NCBI GenBank assembly: GCA_951406725.2 | Contig: OX597842.1 | Coordinates: 24,800,001 to 24,864,000 of the forward strand | Direction of reading: 5' to 3' | DNA from: Octopus vulgaris | Lineage: Eukaryota | DNA length: 64,000 bases | Shown here: piece after piece, positions 1 to 13,499 of the stretch | How the letters are laid out: each line of letters opens with the position of its first letter | How positions within the stretch are numbered: the stretch's first letter is position 1 | Program-made: the position numbers and the translations under genes | The notes under the pieces: model-generated | What the model saw: only the letters and a program-made list of their open reading frames with translations | What the model was told of the DNA's origin: nothing | The model's database searches: none

Positions 1-134
1 GTCTCTCATTCTGTCTCGCTCATGCTACGTATCCATTATGTGACATACAACTAAGTTCAACCATTTATCTTTTTCGTCGTCAATTGTAACATAGTAAAAT
101 GAGGACGGATACTTAATACGCGCCGTGTGACAGC

Positions 135-222
135 GTTACCGGAAGCAGAAACTCGACAACCGGAAGTGTCGCTGTTGAAGATAGTTACTCTTAAGTGTCC
201 ATTGAGTGAAATGGCGGAAGTT
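135..222. promoter_or_regulatory. Possible housekeeping-type promoter (ETS and YY1-like motifs), orientation unknown
   Basis: ACCGGAAG at 138-145, ACCGGAAGTG at 159-168 and AAATGGCGGAAGT at 209-221 (YY1-like overlapping ETS core), in a locally CpG-rich unique segment. Confidence 0.4.
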
Positions 223-684
223 CTTATTCTTTTTTGAGCGGATCACAATATCTCTACTAAACTCTCACTCCCTCTCTATCCATCTCTTTCTGTATATCTG
301 TGTGTACGCAACGCATACATATATACATACACACATATATTTGCATGTGGATGTATGTGTGTATGTACATATGTATAATATTATAAGTATACGAGCATCC
401 CCCACGTTACGGCTGCTTAAAGTGGCGGGACTGCTCACTTGCGGAAATTACAAAGTACGACTATTAATTTCGGGATACAGTCTGTAATTTCGTTCGTACG
501 GAAACTTGTATTGTATAGTTTTCAATTGTAAACAATTTAAAACAACCCTTTCTTCTTAGCTCAATGGCCACTTGCGTTTTAGTTAAGATCAAGGCCGAAG
601 AATATAGAGTATGATTTGGGAAACACCACCATCACGTTACACGCATACACATGTATATATAATGTACATAATGTGTGTGTATGT

Positions 685-687
<3 letters not shown>

Positions 688-718
<31 letters not shown>

Positions 719-1327
719 CATCATCCTTTAACGTCCGTTTTCCGTGCTAGCACGGTTTGACCGGGGTCTGGGAAGCCAGGAGTTTGCACCAGGCTCCAGT
801 CTGATCTGGCTGTGTTTCTACAGCTGGATGACCTTCCTAACGCCAACCACTCCGTGAGTGTAGTGGGTGCTTTTTACGTGCCACTGGCTCAGGTGCCAGG
901 CGAGGCTGGCAGCGGTCACGATCGGTTGGTGCTTTTTACGTGCCACCGGTACAGAAGCCAGTCAAGGTGGCGCTGGCATCATCCACGTTCAGATGGTGCT
1001 TTTTACGTGCCGCCAGCACAGGTATCACAACTACAATTTCCATTTGATATTTATTTTGATGTTGATGTACTTGACTCAATAGGTCTCTTCAAGCACAGCA
1101 GGTCACCCTACAATCCAATGTAAGCACAGCAAGTCGTTCTGCAATCCAAGGTACTTTGGATGGGCTGGGGCTTCTATGTGAAGCTGGTGTAGGAAACAGC
1201 CATGAACTCACGTTATTTGTCGGGTCTTTGCAGTCACAGCATATCTCCAGAGATCTCGGTCTTTTGACATTGTCTCTGTGAGGCCCAACGTTCGAAGGTC
1301 ATGCTTGACTACCTCATCCCATGTCTT
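688..1327 (-). mobile_element. RTE-clade LINE 3' end with (TGA)n tail
   Basis: Minus-strand KTWDEVVKHDLRTLGLTETMSKDRDLWRYAV is a typical RTE ORF C-terminus. The 3' UTR recurs at about 48505-48800, 56345-56450 and 57140-57530. (CAT)n on + at 688-725. Confidence 0.8.
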
Positions 1328-1705
1328 GGTTTTGGTTTTCTTCCGGAGTTTTGTTTCGACGAGGAAGTTTTCCCCGCTTTCTTTGAGAGAGGCTGCCATT
1401 ACTTTCGAGACAGTACTTTTTGATACACCAAACACTTTGGCTGTTTTCGTTACGCTAGCACCTGCCATACGAGTACCAACAATTTGACCTCTTTGAAAGT
1501 CCGATAGATCTGTCATTTTAATGAATTTTAATTACCTTTTTCTGATGATATCGGAAAAGAAACAGCTATTTTAGCAAAACATATTAATCAACACTAATAA
1601 TAAATAAAAAAAAACATACAAATAAACAATCTTTTGACGGTTTTATTGATATTTCAAAATTACGATGCCGTGATGCTAGGTATTTCCATTATTTTGTGTA
1701 AACCC

Positions 1706-1707
<2 letters not shown>
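1328..1707 (-). mobile_element. Tc1/mariner transposon 5' fragment (TIR plus transposase N-terminal HTH)
   Basis: MTDLSDFQRGQIVGTRMAGASVTKTAKVFGVSKSTVSKVM (ATG at 1516) is a Tc1-type paired-like HTH; TIR-like CAGGGTTTACACAAAATAATGGAAATAC starts at 1707 on the minus strand. Confidence 0.8.
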
Positions 1708-1756
<49 letters not shown>

Positions 1757-1817
1757 AATTAAGAAAATGGAGATAGAGCATTAATATAATTTATTATCTG
1801 CAAAAATCCAACATATT

Positions 1818-1898
1818 CTCTTACAGCTGTTTGAATTCAGTTTAAAGATTAAATTACAATAATTAAATTATCATATTACGCAAAATCTCATCAGAGGG
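1818..1898 (-). ncRNA. Degenerate minimal hammerhead-like motif (Penelope-like remnant)
   Basis: Minus: CCCT-CTGATGA-long AT-rich stem II-CAA-ACAGCTGT-A-AGAG. The G of GAAA is missing; stem III is palindromic (ACAGCTGT). Confidence 0.4.
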
Positions 1899-1935
1899 GT
1901 AGAAAACAAATACCGCTAGGTTATTAGGTGTTGCG

Positions 1936-2004
<69 letters not shown>

Positions 2005-2141
2005 TTTTAAATAATTCAAATTTTGAATTTTATATTTTATATATTTTGTATATTATATTAATTAATTTTATTTCTATGTTTTGGTTTATGTTTTTCACTC
2101 TTTGATTTGCCTAATAGTGGTTTTATCTCTAATTTAATTTA

Positions 2142-2200
<59 letters not shown>

Positions 2201-2389
2201 AGATTAATCAGCCGAAATTGCGAGGATGATCCAGTTCTTGACTGAAGATTAAAGGCTTCAAATGTCCCGTCCATGTTTTTTGTGTCGTCATCACAATGTT
2301 TTGCGTTCTTGTCCCAGTTTGTGTTTTTTATACACATATATATATAACGGCGTACATATATATATATAATGAACAGAATTTATAAAGAG

Positions 2390-2437
2390 GTCTTACAGCT
2401 GTTTCAGGAATATTTTATATATCCCTGCATCGGAGAC
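2390..2437 (-). ncRNA. Minimal hammerhead-like motif, variant core
   Basis: Minus: GTCT-CCGATGC-AGGGA...TTCCT-GAA-ACAGCTGT-A-AGAC. Stems I and II pair; the core differs from CUGANGA at two positions. Confidence 0.5.
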
Positions 2438-2726
2438 GGTACGAGAAAATGGTTAAGCAATAGCTATTCTAGAGAAGATATGAAATAGAGAGTGAAGTGG
2501 AGGAATGAAAACAGACATGAGATATGCAGGGATATTGCATCTGCAGTTCCATTATTTAAGCAGAGTGGTATACATACAGGATTCCTGTACCTTGTGTATA
2601 AGTTCCAATAGTATTTAGAATTATTCAACCGAAGAAACCTACTGCTGTTTGTGATAGTAATCGAAAACATGGCCACAGTCAAATGACTGAAACAAATAAA
2701 AAATAATAATAAAATGTTTGCATGTA

Positions 2727-2886
2727 GGCACAGGAGTGGCTGTGGTAGGTAGCTTGCTAACCAACCACATGGTTCCGGGTTCAGTCCCACTGCGTGGCAT
2801 CTTGGACAAGTGTCTTCTGCTATAGCCTCGGGCCGACCAAAGCCTTGTGAGTGGATTTGGTAGACGGAAACTGAAAGAAGCCCGTC

Positions 2887-2947
<61 letters not shown>

Positions 2948-3172
2948 CATATATATGTATGTGCGTGTGTGTTTGTCTCCCCAACATCGCTTGACAACCG
3001 ATGCTGGTGTGTTTATGTCCCCGTAACTTAGTGGTTCGACAAAAGAGACTAATAGAATAAGTACTGGGCTTACAAAGAATAAGTCCCGGAATCGAGTTGC
3101 TCGACTAAAGGTGGTGCTCCAGCATGGCCACAGTCAAATGACTGAAACAAGCAAAAGAGTAAGAGTAAAGAG
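2727..3172 (+). mobile_element. tRNA-headed SINE family A (most abundant; internal (TA)n/(TG)n)
   Basis: Head GGAGTGGCTGTGTGGTA..GGTTCAGTCCC (A/B-box-like), tail ..CAGTCAAATGACTGAAACAAG; about 20 copies or fragments in the window. Confidence 0.9.
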
Positions 3173-3507
3173 TATGTATGTATGTGTGTGTGTGTGTGTG
3201 TGCATGCGTGCGCGTGTGTGCGTGTATGTGTGTGTCTTTGTGTCTGTGTTTGTCCCCCACAACCCCACATCCGGTACTGGGTTTGATTCGTTCGACTTAA
3301 AATTCTTGAAGATGGTTTCCCAGCAAGGCTGTAGTCTTATGATTCGAAGAAATAATCAATACATACATACACACATACATACGTACATATATATAACGAA
3401 CTAACTGTTACTTTCTCAGATGCAGCACGGATTTTGTCAGTGAACAGGTCGTGGTCTTAAAGCAACGAAAATATTTCGACAAATTAAACTTAAATGTTGA
3501 AGTGAAT

Positions 3508-3541
3508 CGAACGGCGGCAAAAGGAAAAGATCCCGAACGGC
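3508..3541. mobile_element. 18-bp remnant of a GGATC-TIR element between 8-bp TSDs
   Basis: CGAACGGC | GGCAAAAGGAAAAGATCC | CGAACGGC; the inner part matches the right TIR end of the MITEs ending at 5484, 11205 and 47544. Confidence 0.7.
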
Positions 3542-3628
3542 TTTTGTGTGTTTCTTAAATGGCTTACAAACACCTTCCACGCTGCAATTGTTTTTACTCT
3601 TGCTTACACACATACGGTGCCGGCTTCA

Positions 3629-4102
<474 letters not shown>

Positions 4103-4385
4103 CGTTGACTATAATGCAGTGATAAAGACTGGGCGGGTGGGGACCGTTTTTATCGCAGAAGTGATGTGGGAATTGCGGTAGCGAAGCCAGCAAAGAGAAA
4201 ATGGATGTGTTGTGGAAGTAGGGGTGGGCTGGAAAGAGGGAAACTGGAAGGTTTGAGGTAGGGGCTGGAGGGAAGATGGAATAGCAAGTGTCAAGATGGG
4301 GAGGGTGTGTATGACAGGAAATGGAACAGCGGGGAGTCTAACTTCCAGCGCGGTTAACAAGTGTTTCTGTGTTACTGGGTATATT

Positions 4386-4416
<31 letters not shown>

Positions 4417-4996
4417 GAGTGAGTGGTTTTATGTATGTGTGAGGGATTTATGTGTGAGTGGCTGTTTGTGGCTGTGTGTGCATTTGGTGTGTGTGAGTGG
4501 TTTTATGTATGTGTGAGGGATTTATGTGTGAGTGGCTGTTTGTGGCTGTGTATGCATTTGGTGTGTGTGTGTGAGTGGTTTTATGTATGTGTGCATGTGT
4601 GAGTGGATGTTTATGGCTGTGTGTGCATTTGGTGTGTGTGTGTGTAAGCGAATTTGTCAGTGTGTGTATGTGTGTTTGTGTGTGTGTGTGTTAGTGGTTT
4701 TATATATCTTTGAAGGGTTTATGTGTGCATGTGTGAGTGACTGTTTGTGGCTGTGTGTGCATTTCGTGTGTGTGTGTGTGTAAGTGTCCGTCTTTAAGCG
4801 TATTTGCCAGTGTGTGCATGTATTTGTGAGTGTGTGTGCGTCTATATTTGTGTATATGTTTATGTATGTGTGATAGGTCAAGCTGTATGCATTTGGTGTG
4901 TGTGTTTGTGTACGCGCGTGTGTATGTGTGTGTGTGTGTGTGTGTGTGTCTGCGTGTCTTACTATATATCCGTCTTTAAGTGTATTTGCCAATGTA

Positions 4997-5029
<33 letters not shown>

Positions 5030-5045
5030 CTATATTTGTGCATAT
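4386..5045. repeat. GT-rich degenerate minisatellite
   Basis: Recurring GAGTGGTTTTATGTATGTG..GTGGCTGTGTGTGCATTTGG units. Confidence 0.8.
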
Positions 5046-5051
5046 GGGTTT

Positions 5052-6018
5052 ACTCTTTTACACTTTTTCTTGTTTCAGTCATTTGACTGTGGCCATGCTG
5101 GAGCACCGCCTTTAATCGAGCAACTCGACCCCGTGACTTATTCTTTGTAAGCCCAGTACTTATTCTATCGGTCTCTTTTGCTGAACCGCTAAGTTTACTC
5201 TTTTACTTGTTTCAGTCATTTGACTGTGGCCATGCTGGAGCACTGCCTTTAATCGATGTTGTCTCAGTTTTAGACGCAGCAAATGATTTTAGCTCAATAG
5301 AGGGTATAGGATTGGTTAAAATTCGAAAAATTAAACTACGTTAAACAAACAAATTACAATTTTCTCAAGAAAGCCAAGAGAAAAAAATGTTTTATTTTGA
5401 TACATTCTACCAGTCTACGAAGTTTTAAAGTGTTTAGTTAACTAGAAATTATGTTACAAAGTGCCGTTCAAAAGGAAAAGATCCGCATCGGTTGTCAAGC
5501 GATATTGGGGGGACAAACATAGACACACAAACATATAAACACACATGCATATATATATATATACATATATACGGCGGGCTTCTTTCAGTTTTCGTCTACC
5601 AAATCCACTCACAAGGCTTTGGTCGGCCCGAGGCTATAGTAGAAGAACCATGTGGTCGGTAAGCAAGCTACTTACCACACAGCCAAATTCTTTTTCCCCC
5701 AAGTAAATTGACAACAAATTCTTTCCTACTCTAGGTACAAGGCCCGAAATTTTGGGGAAGGGGGCCATTCGAGTAGATCGTTCCAGTATGCAAGTGGTAC
5801 TTAATTTATCGACCCCGAAAGGATGAAAGGCGAAGTCGACCTCGGCGGAATTTGAACTCAGAACGTAGCGGCAGTTTCCGTTTAACAAATCCACTCACAA
5901 GGCTTTGGTCGGCCCGAGGCTATAGCAGAAGACACTTGGTCAAGGTGTCACACAGTGGGACTGAACCCGGAACCATGTGGTTGGTAAGCAAGCTACTTGC
6001 CACACAGCCACTCCTATG

Positions 6019-6077
<59 letters not shown>

Positions 6078-6355
6078 CGGTTGTATACTGTCAACATAAC
6101 GTGACATTCCCGTAAAGGGAATTACAACACCGCTATTTAGCCCTAGGAAGCATCGACGCTTCCTGTCCTTATATATTTACGAAGGGAAGACAAGCACCCC
6201 CAACAGTTTCTGTCTACCAATTCCATTCACAAGGCTTTGGTCGGCCCAAGGCTATAGTAGAAGACACTTGCCCAAGGTGCCACGCAGTTGGACTGAACCC
6301 GGAACCATGTGGTTGGTAAGCAAGCTACTTACCACACAGCCACTCCTGCACCTAT
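5052..6355 (-). mobile_element. Cluster of SINE A fragments interrupted by a MITE right arm (5256-5484) and a SINE B fragment (about 5720-5875)
   Basis: Matches to the other copies; the MITE arm ends AAAAGGAAAAGATCC at 5484. Confidence 0.8.
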
Positions 6356-6375
6356 ACTCAATGTATTTTCTTTAG

Positions 6376-6581
<206 letters not shown>

Positions 6582-6786
6582 GGATGAGTCAAAAGTAGCG
6601 CCCAGTTTATAGGAAGTCATGCGTTTCTTTGTTGTTTTGTAGGTTATTACCGGCAGTTTTGAAAGTTACTAAATCTGGATCATGTATCATATTGTTAACA
6701 CTCGTTGATATCTCAACTCACATTGTCAGCTCAAAAGAAAACGGTTGAACCCATACGCTGATTTCAAAAACTGTAAAAGCGAAAAC

Positions 6787-7584
6787 GGATCTTTCCCTTT
6801 TGAACGGCAGTTTTTAAAAATAATTTCTTTGTAACTAAACACTTTTAAACATCGTATACTGGTAGAATGTGTTTATAAAACATCTTTTTCTCTTGGCTTT
6901 ATAGAGAAAATTCTATAGTTTGTAAGATATTTCGTCTTTAATTTCGAGCATTTCGGCAATTTTAACCAATCGCTGACCTCCATTGACGTAAACAACATTC
7001 CGTGCAGTATGAATATGTCCCTCGTTTAATAAAACAGATTGGGTTTATTTACATTTCTGAAGAAAAAAGATACCCCCCGCCCCTAACTCTAACTCTAAAC
7101 CGAACCCTAAAATAGATTGAAATGCAGTAGATCGATACTAGGGCCATAATTATGGGTGACATTTTCATTTTGACATCGCTAGAAAAAAATCCCACTTTCC
7201 GTAGCGGTGTCGTATGAAATTGTCACCCATAATTATAACCCTAGTATCGATCTATTGCATTCCAATCTGTTTTAGAGTTAGGGTTAGGGGTGGGGGAAGG
7301 GTATCTTGTTTCTTCGCAAATGCAAATAAACCCAATCTGTTTCTTAAAGGAAGGACATATTCATTATGCACAGAATGTTTTCACCCCAAATGGACGTCAG
7401 CGATTAGTTAAAATTGCCGAAATGCTCGAAATTAAAGACGAAATATGTTATAACATATAGAATTTTCTCAATAAAGACAAGAAAAAATGATGTTTTATAA
7501 CACATTCTATCAGTATACGAAGTTTAAAAATGTTTAGTTAACTAGAAATTGTGTTGAAAACTGCCGTTCAAAAGGAAATGATAC
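6787..7584. mobile_element. Palindromic non-autonomous DNA transposon (GGATC TIR, Merlin-like)
   Basis: GGATCTTTCCCTTTTGAACGGCAG ... CTGCCGTTCAAAAGGAAATGATAC with about 400-bp inverted arms; flanked by 125-bp direct repeats. Confidence 0.85.
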
Positions 7585-7814
7585 AAAGTTACTTAATCTG
7601 AATCATGTATCATATTGTTAACACTCGTTGATATCTCAACTCACCTTGTCAGCTCATAAGTAAACGGTTGAACTCATACGCTGATTTCAAAAGCGGTCAA
7701 AGGGAAAACTATAAATACTATGGGGTGGCTTATTAACAATTTAACAACCTTTGAGTATGAATTCAACGGTTTTCTTATAAGCTGGCAAGGTGTGTTCAGT
7801 TTAACTCTAGGCGC

Positions 7815-8385
7815 GGATCTTTTCGGTTTGAACGGCAGTTTTTTCTAGCGGTGTAATATGAAATTGTCACCCATAATTATGACCCTAGTATCGATCTATT
7901 GCATTCCAATCTGTTTTGGGGTTAGGGTTAGGGGTAAGGGTATCTTTTTTTCTTCAGAAATGTAAATAAACCCAATCTGTTTCTTAAACGAGGGACATAT
8001 TCATACGGCACAGAATTTTTTAAAGCTCAATAGACGTCACTGATTGGTTGAAATTACAGAAATTGAAAAAAAAAAGACAACAAATATCTTACAAACTGAG
8101 TGACCCCTGAGTTTATGGCCACAGGGTATCTTTTTTCTCATAAAAATCAGGGACATTTTCATATGACGCCGCCAGTATATGTTACGGCAGAAATCGTTTT
8201 CACCTCAATAGACGTCTTTGATTGGTTGAAATTGCCGAAATGCAAGAAATTAAACAACAGAATTTTCTCAAGAAAGCCAAGAGAAAAAGATGTTTTATAA
8301 ACACATTCTACCAGTATACGAAATTTAAAATTTTTTAGTTACCTAGAAATTATGTTAAAAACTGCCGTTCAAACCGAAAAGATCC
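7815..8385. mobile_element. MITE with GGATCTTTTCGGTTTGAACGGCAG TIRs and 8-bp TSD
   Basis: Perfect TIRs; TSD CTAGGCGC at 7807-7814 and 8386-8393. Confidence 0.9.
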
Positions 8386-8544
8386 CTAGGCGCGATGAGA
8401 GCCACCGATGAGAATTAAAATGCTCTGCATCAAAATTCGAAAATACCGGTGATCTGGATGTCCGCTAGGGAACTTATCTCCCTTGTCAGTCGTTAAGATA
8501 GTGCATTTGTAGCTATTGAATTGTTTTGATTCTTATTTCTAGCA

Positions 8545-8593
8545 ATGCCAGTACCACTTAATACCCTCTGTCACTTTAGTGATATCTCTATAC
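8545..8593 (+). CDS. Candidate coding exon 1 (MPVPLNTLCHFSDISI); exon starts at 8543
   Basis: Acceptor TTCTTATTTCTAG (AG at 8541-42), ATG at 8545, weak donor GTACAT at 8594; ends phase 1. Confidence 0.3.
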
Positions 8594-8594
8594 G

Positions 8595-8667
8595 TACATA
8601 CATGCATGCATACATACATACATACATACATACATACATGCATGCATACATACATACATACATACAT

Positions 8668-8700
<33 letters not shown>

Positions 8701-9483
8701 TACATACATACATACATACATACATACGTACGTACATACATACATACATACATACATACATACACACACATACATACATACATACATACACACATACATA
8801 CATACATACATACATACACACACATACATACATACATACATACACACATACATACACACATACATACATACACACATACATACATACATACATACATACA
8901 TACATACATACATACATACATACATACATACATACATACATACATACATACATACATACATACATACATACATACATACATACATGCATGCATACATACA
9001 TACATACATACATACACACATACATACATACATACATACATACATACATACATACATACATACATACATACATACATACATACATACATACATGCATACA
9101 TACATACATACATACATACATACATACATACATGCACACACACATACATACATACACACATACATACATACATACATACACACACATACATACATACATA
9201 CATACATACATACATACATACATACATACATACATACATACATACATACATACATACATACATACATACATACATACATACATACATACATACATACATA
9301 CATACATACACACACATACATACATACATACATACATACATACACACACATACATACATACATACATACATACATACATACATACACACATACATACATA
9401 CATACATACATACATACATACATACATACATACATACATACATACATACATACATACATACATACATACATACATACATACAT
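8595..9483. repeat. (CATA)n microsatellite, about 0.9 kb
   Basis: Direct reading. Confidence 0.95.
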
Positions 9484-9487
9484 GTTT

Positions 9488-9872
9488 TGGAAGCACTCCG
9501 TCGGTTACGACGACGAGGGTTCCGGTTGATCCGAATCAACGGAACAGCCTGCTCGTGAAATTAACGTGTAAGTGGCTGAGCACTCCACAGACACGTGAAC
9601 CCCTTAACGTAGTTCTCGGGGATATTCAGCGTGACACAGAGAGTGACAAGGCTGACCCTTTGAAATACAGGTACAACAGAAACAGGAAGTAAGAGTGAGA
9701 GAAAGTCGTGGTGAAAGAGTACAGCAGGGATCACCACCATCCCCTGCCGGAGCCTCGTGGAGCTTTTAGGTGTTTTCGCTCAATAAACACTCACAACGCC
9801 CGGTCTGGGAATCGAAACCGCGATCCTATGACCGCGAGTCCGCTGCCCTAACCAGTGGGCCATTGCGCCTCC
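9488..9872 (-). mobile_element. tRNA-headed SINE family C, full length
   Basis: Minus head GGAGGCGCAATGGCCCACTGGTTAGGGCAGCGGACTCG..GGTTTCGATTCCC; other copies at 32016-32275, 34874-35592 and a degraded one at 46495-47580. Confidence 0.9.
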
Positions 9873-9932
9873 ACACATGTGAATCGTTGGCGATTTTCTT
9901 CCTCCGTCTTCCCTTCTTTAGAACTTTCCTCT

Positions 9933-9968
9933 GTTTCCGAAGAAGAGCGTCTGCTCGAAACGTTAAAC
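9933..9968 (+). ncRNA. Minimal hammerhead-like motif (Penelope-type)
   Basis: GTTT-CCGAAGA-A-GAGC(GTCT)GCTC-GAA-ACGT-T-AAAC; palindromic stem III ACGT, U4>C core variant. Confidence 0.55.
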
Positions 9969-10075
9969 CATCTTTCTTTCCTTTCCTGTACGTCTGCTAA
10001 TACATTACATGTAGTACGTTTTCGCGTTGTTGTTTTTTTTATGTTTTTCTTTTTGGATTTACATACATACACACA

Positions 10076-10516
10076 TACCTATTTCTTTATTACCCACAAG
10101 GGGCTAAACACAGAGGGGACAAACAAGGACAGACATAGGTATTAAGTCGATTACATCGACCCCAGTGCGTAACTGGTACTTAATTTATCGACCCCGAAAG
10201 GATGAAAGGCAAAGTCAACCTCGGCGGAATTTGAACTCACAACGTAACGCAGACGAAATACCTATTTCTATTTCTTTATTACCCACAAGGGGCTAAACAT
10301 AGAGAGGACAAACAAGGACAGACATAGGTATTAAGTCGATTACATCGACCCCAGTGCGGAACTGGTACTTAATTTATCGACCCCGAAAGGATGAAAGGCA
10401 AAGTCAACCTCGGCGGAATTTGAACTCGGCGGAATTTGAACTCACAACGTAACGACAGACGAAATACCGCTAAGCATTTCGCCCGGCGTGTTAACGTTTC
10501 TGCCAGCTCGCCGCCT
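10076..10516 (-). mobile_element. SINE family B, head plus duplicated body/tail
   Basis: Head GGCGGCGAGCTGGCAG..; central GCCTTTCATCCTTTCGGGGTCGATAAATTAAGTACC (resembles the Meta-SINE domain, from memory); junction at about 10255. Confidence 0.9.
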
Positions 10517-10764
10517 TACATACATACATACATACCTACCTACCTACCTACCTATCTACCTACCTGCCTGCCTGCCTACACCTACCTACCTACCTGCATT
10601 CAAATGAAACTTTGAACATTTATTTGTGGACTGAACAAAAATATAAATTCACAAAATTAATCCAAAATGACCCCCACCTCCGAAGTCGCTGCAATGCTTC
10701 AAACGCTCGGGCCATTTATCTATTGCCGTGCACACAATATTAATTGGAAATTTGGTTGTTGCAT

Positions 10765-11205
10765 ACGACACCGCTACGAAAAATGGGATTTTTTTCTAGC
10801 GGTGTCAAATGAAAATGTCACCCATAATTATGGCCCTAGTATCGATCTATTGCATTTCAATCTATTTTAGATTTAGGGTTAGTTAGGATTAGGGTTAGGG
10901 TTAGGGGTTGGGGAAGGGTATCGTTTTTTTCTTCACAAATGCAAATAAACCCAATCTGTTTCTTAAAGGAGGGACATATTCATTATGCACAGAATGTTAT
11001 TTACGTCAATGGACGTCAGCGATTGGTTAAAATTGCCGAAATGCTCGAAATTAAAGACGAAATATCTTACAAACTATAGAATTTTCTCAATAAAGCCAAG
11101 AGAAAAAGATGTTTTGTAAACATATTCTACCAGTTTACGAAGTTTAAAACTTTTTAAGTTACCTAGAAATTATGTTACAAAGTGCCGTTCAAAAGGAAAA
11201 GATCC
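10765..11205. mobile_element. GGATC-TIR MITE right half
   Basis: Matches 7200-7584; ends AAAAGGAAAAGATCC. Confidence 0.8.
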
Positions 11206-11223
11206 GGTACTGCTAGTGTTGCT

Positions 11224-11505
11224 TATGCTGCTGATGATGGTGATGATGATGATGATGATGGTGGTAGTGGTGGTGATGATGATAATGATAGTGGTAGTTA
11301 TGATGCTGCTGCTGCTGCTGATGATGATGTTAGTGGTTGTGGTGATGATGATGATGATGATGATGGTGATAATGATGATGACGGCGACGACGGCGGTGGT
11401 GATGATGATTATGATAATGGTGATGGTGGTGGTGGTAGCGATGACGACGACGATGATAAGATGATGATGATGATGATGATGGTAGTGGTGATTATGATGC
11501 TGCTG

Positions 11506-11559
<54 letters not shown>

Positions 11560-11742
11560 CTGCTGCCGCTGATGATGATGATAATGATGATGATGATGAT
11601 GGTTATGATAATGGTGATGGTGGTGGTAGCGATGACGACGACGATGATAAGATGATGATGATGATGATGATGATGGTAGTGGTGGTTATGATGCTGCTGC
11701 TACCGCTGCTGCTGCTGCTACCGCTGCTGCTGCTGCTACTGC

Positions 11743-11783
<41 letters not shown>

Positions 11784-11973
11784 ATTAAGATAATGGTGAT
11801 GGTGATGGTAGCGATGACGACGATGATGACGATGACAATGATGATGATGATGACGATGATGATGATGATGATGATGATGGTAGTAGTGGTGATGATGATA
11901 ATGATGATGGTAGTGGTGGTGATGATGATGATGATGATGGTAGTGGTGGTGATGATGATGATGGTAGTGGTGG

Positions 11974-12009
<36 letters not shown>

Positions 12010-12010
12010 C

Positions 12011-12054
<44 letters not shown>

Positions 12055-12055
12055 C

Positions 12056-12086
<31 letters not shown>

Positions 12087-12130
12087 GTAGTGGTGGTGAT
12101 GATGATGATGATGATGATGATGACGATGAC

Positions 12131-12165
<35 letters not shown>

Positions 12166-12202
12166 CGACGACGATGATGATGACGATGATGATGATGATG
12201 AA

Positions 12203-12243
<41 letters not shown>

Positions 12244-12327
12244 CGATGACTATGATGATGATGATGATGATGACGATGATGATGATGACGATGATGGTGA
12301 TGATGACGATGATGATGATGATGATGA
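11224..12327. repeat. Compound (GAT)n/(GCT)n/(GGT)n trinucleotide tract with an internal duplication of about 190 bp
   Basis: TATGATAATGGTGATGGTGGTGGTAGCGATGACGACG recurs at about 11410 and 11603, and partly at 11790. Confidence 0.9.
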
Positions 12328-12444
12328 CTAGAGACGACCTCCACGACGACACCGACAGAACACAAGAAATATAAGAAGCCAATGTTATCAACTACAGCTG
12401 GTGCCAAACAACCAAGAAAACAGGGGGCAGCTCGATCCCACCAG

Positions 12445-12580
12445 ATGACCCCGACAAGGAGCTTTCCGCATCAGTAAAGCTATCAACAGTTTTCAAACAT
12501 ATTTTCGTACCAAACGCTTTATATCTGACTGTGAGCCCTTTTTATGGCCTTCACCGACATGAAAGGACCTGGTGCTACAT
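12445..12580 (+). CDS. Candidate coding exon 2 (needs a 1-nt deletion in the T5 run at 12539-12543)
   Basis: Acceptor CCCACCAG, phase-1 start, [31 protein letters not shown] then shifted [13 protein letters not shown], donor GTATGT at 12581; 136 nt = 3n+1. Confidence 0.2.
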
Positions 12581-13476
<896 letters not shown>

Positions 13477-13499
13477 ATATATATATATATATATATGTA

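Noticed and set aside
1208-1516. ORF fusing a Tc1 transposase N-terminus to an RTE C-terminus
   Set aside because: Best explained as a truncated LINE abutting a Tc1 fragment in frame by chance; there is no catalytic domain or expression evidence.
2200-2330. CTGAAGA as a further hammerhead core
   Set aside because: No downstream GAAA with matching stems found.
3401-3590. Acceptor-like CTAACTGTTACTTTCTCAG with an open frame
   Set aside because: No good donor, the frame runs through a transposon remnant, and the sequence resembles a dispersed repeat.
8539-9692. Long MYVC/HTYI ORFs (and similar ORFs throughout the track)
   Set aside because: Translations of stop-free microsatellites.
11182-12407. 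Poly-Asp, poly-Met and poly-His ORFs
   Set aside because: Products of a (GAT)n tract; one starts inside a MITE TIR and the frames shift within the tract.
12382-12435. MLSTTAGAKQPRKQGAAR resembling the histone H3 tail
   Set aside because: Short, no histone fold follows, and the frame is closed by stops; probably chance.
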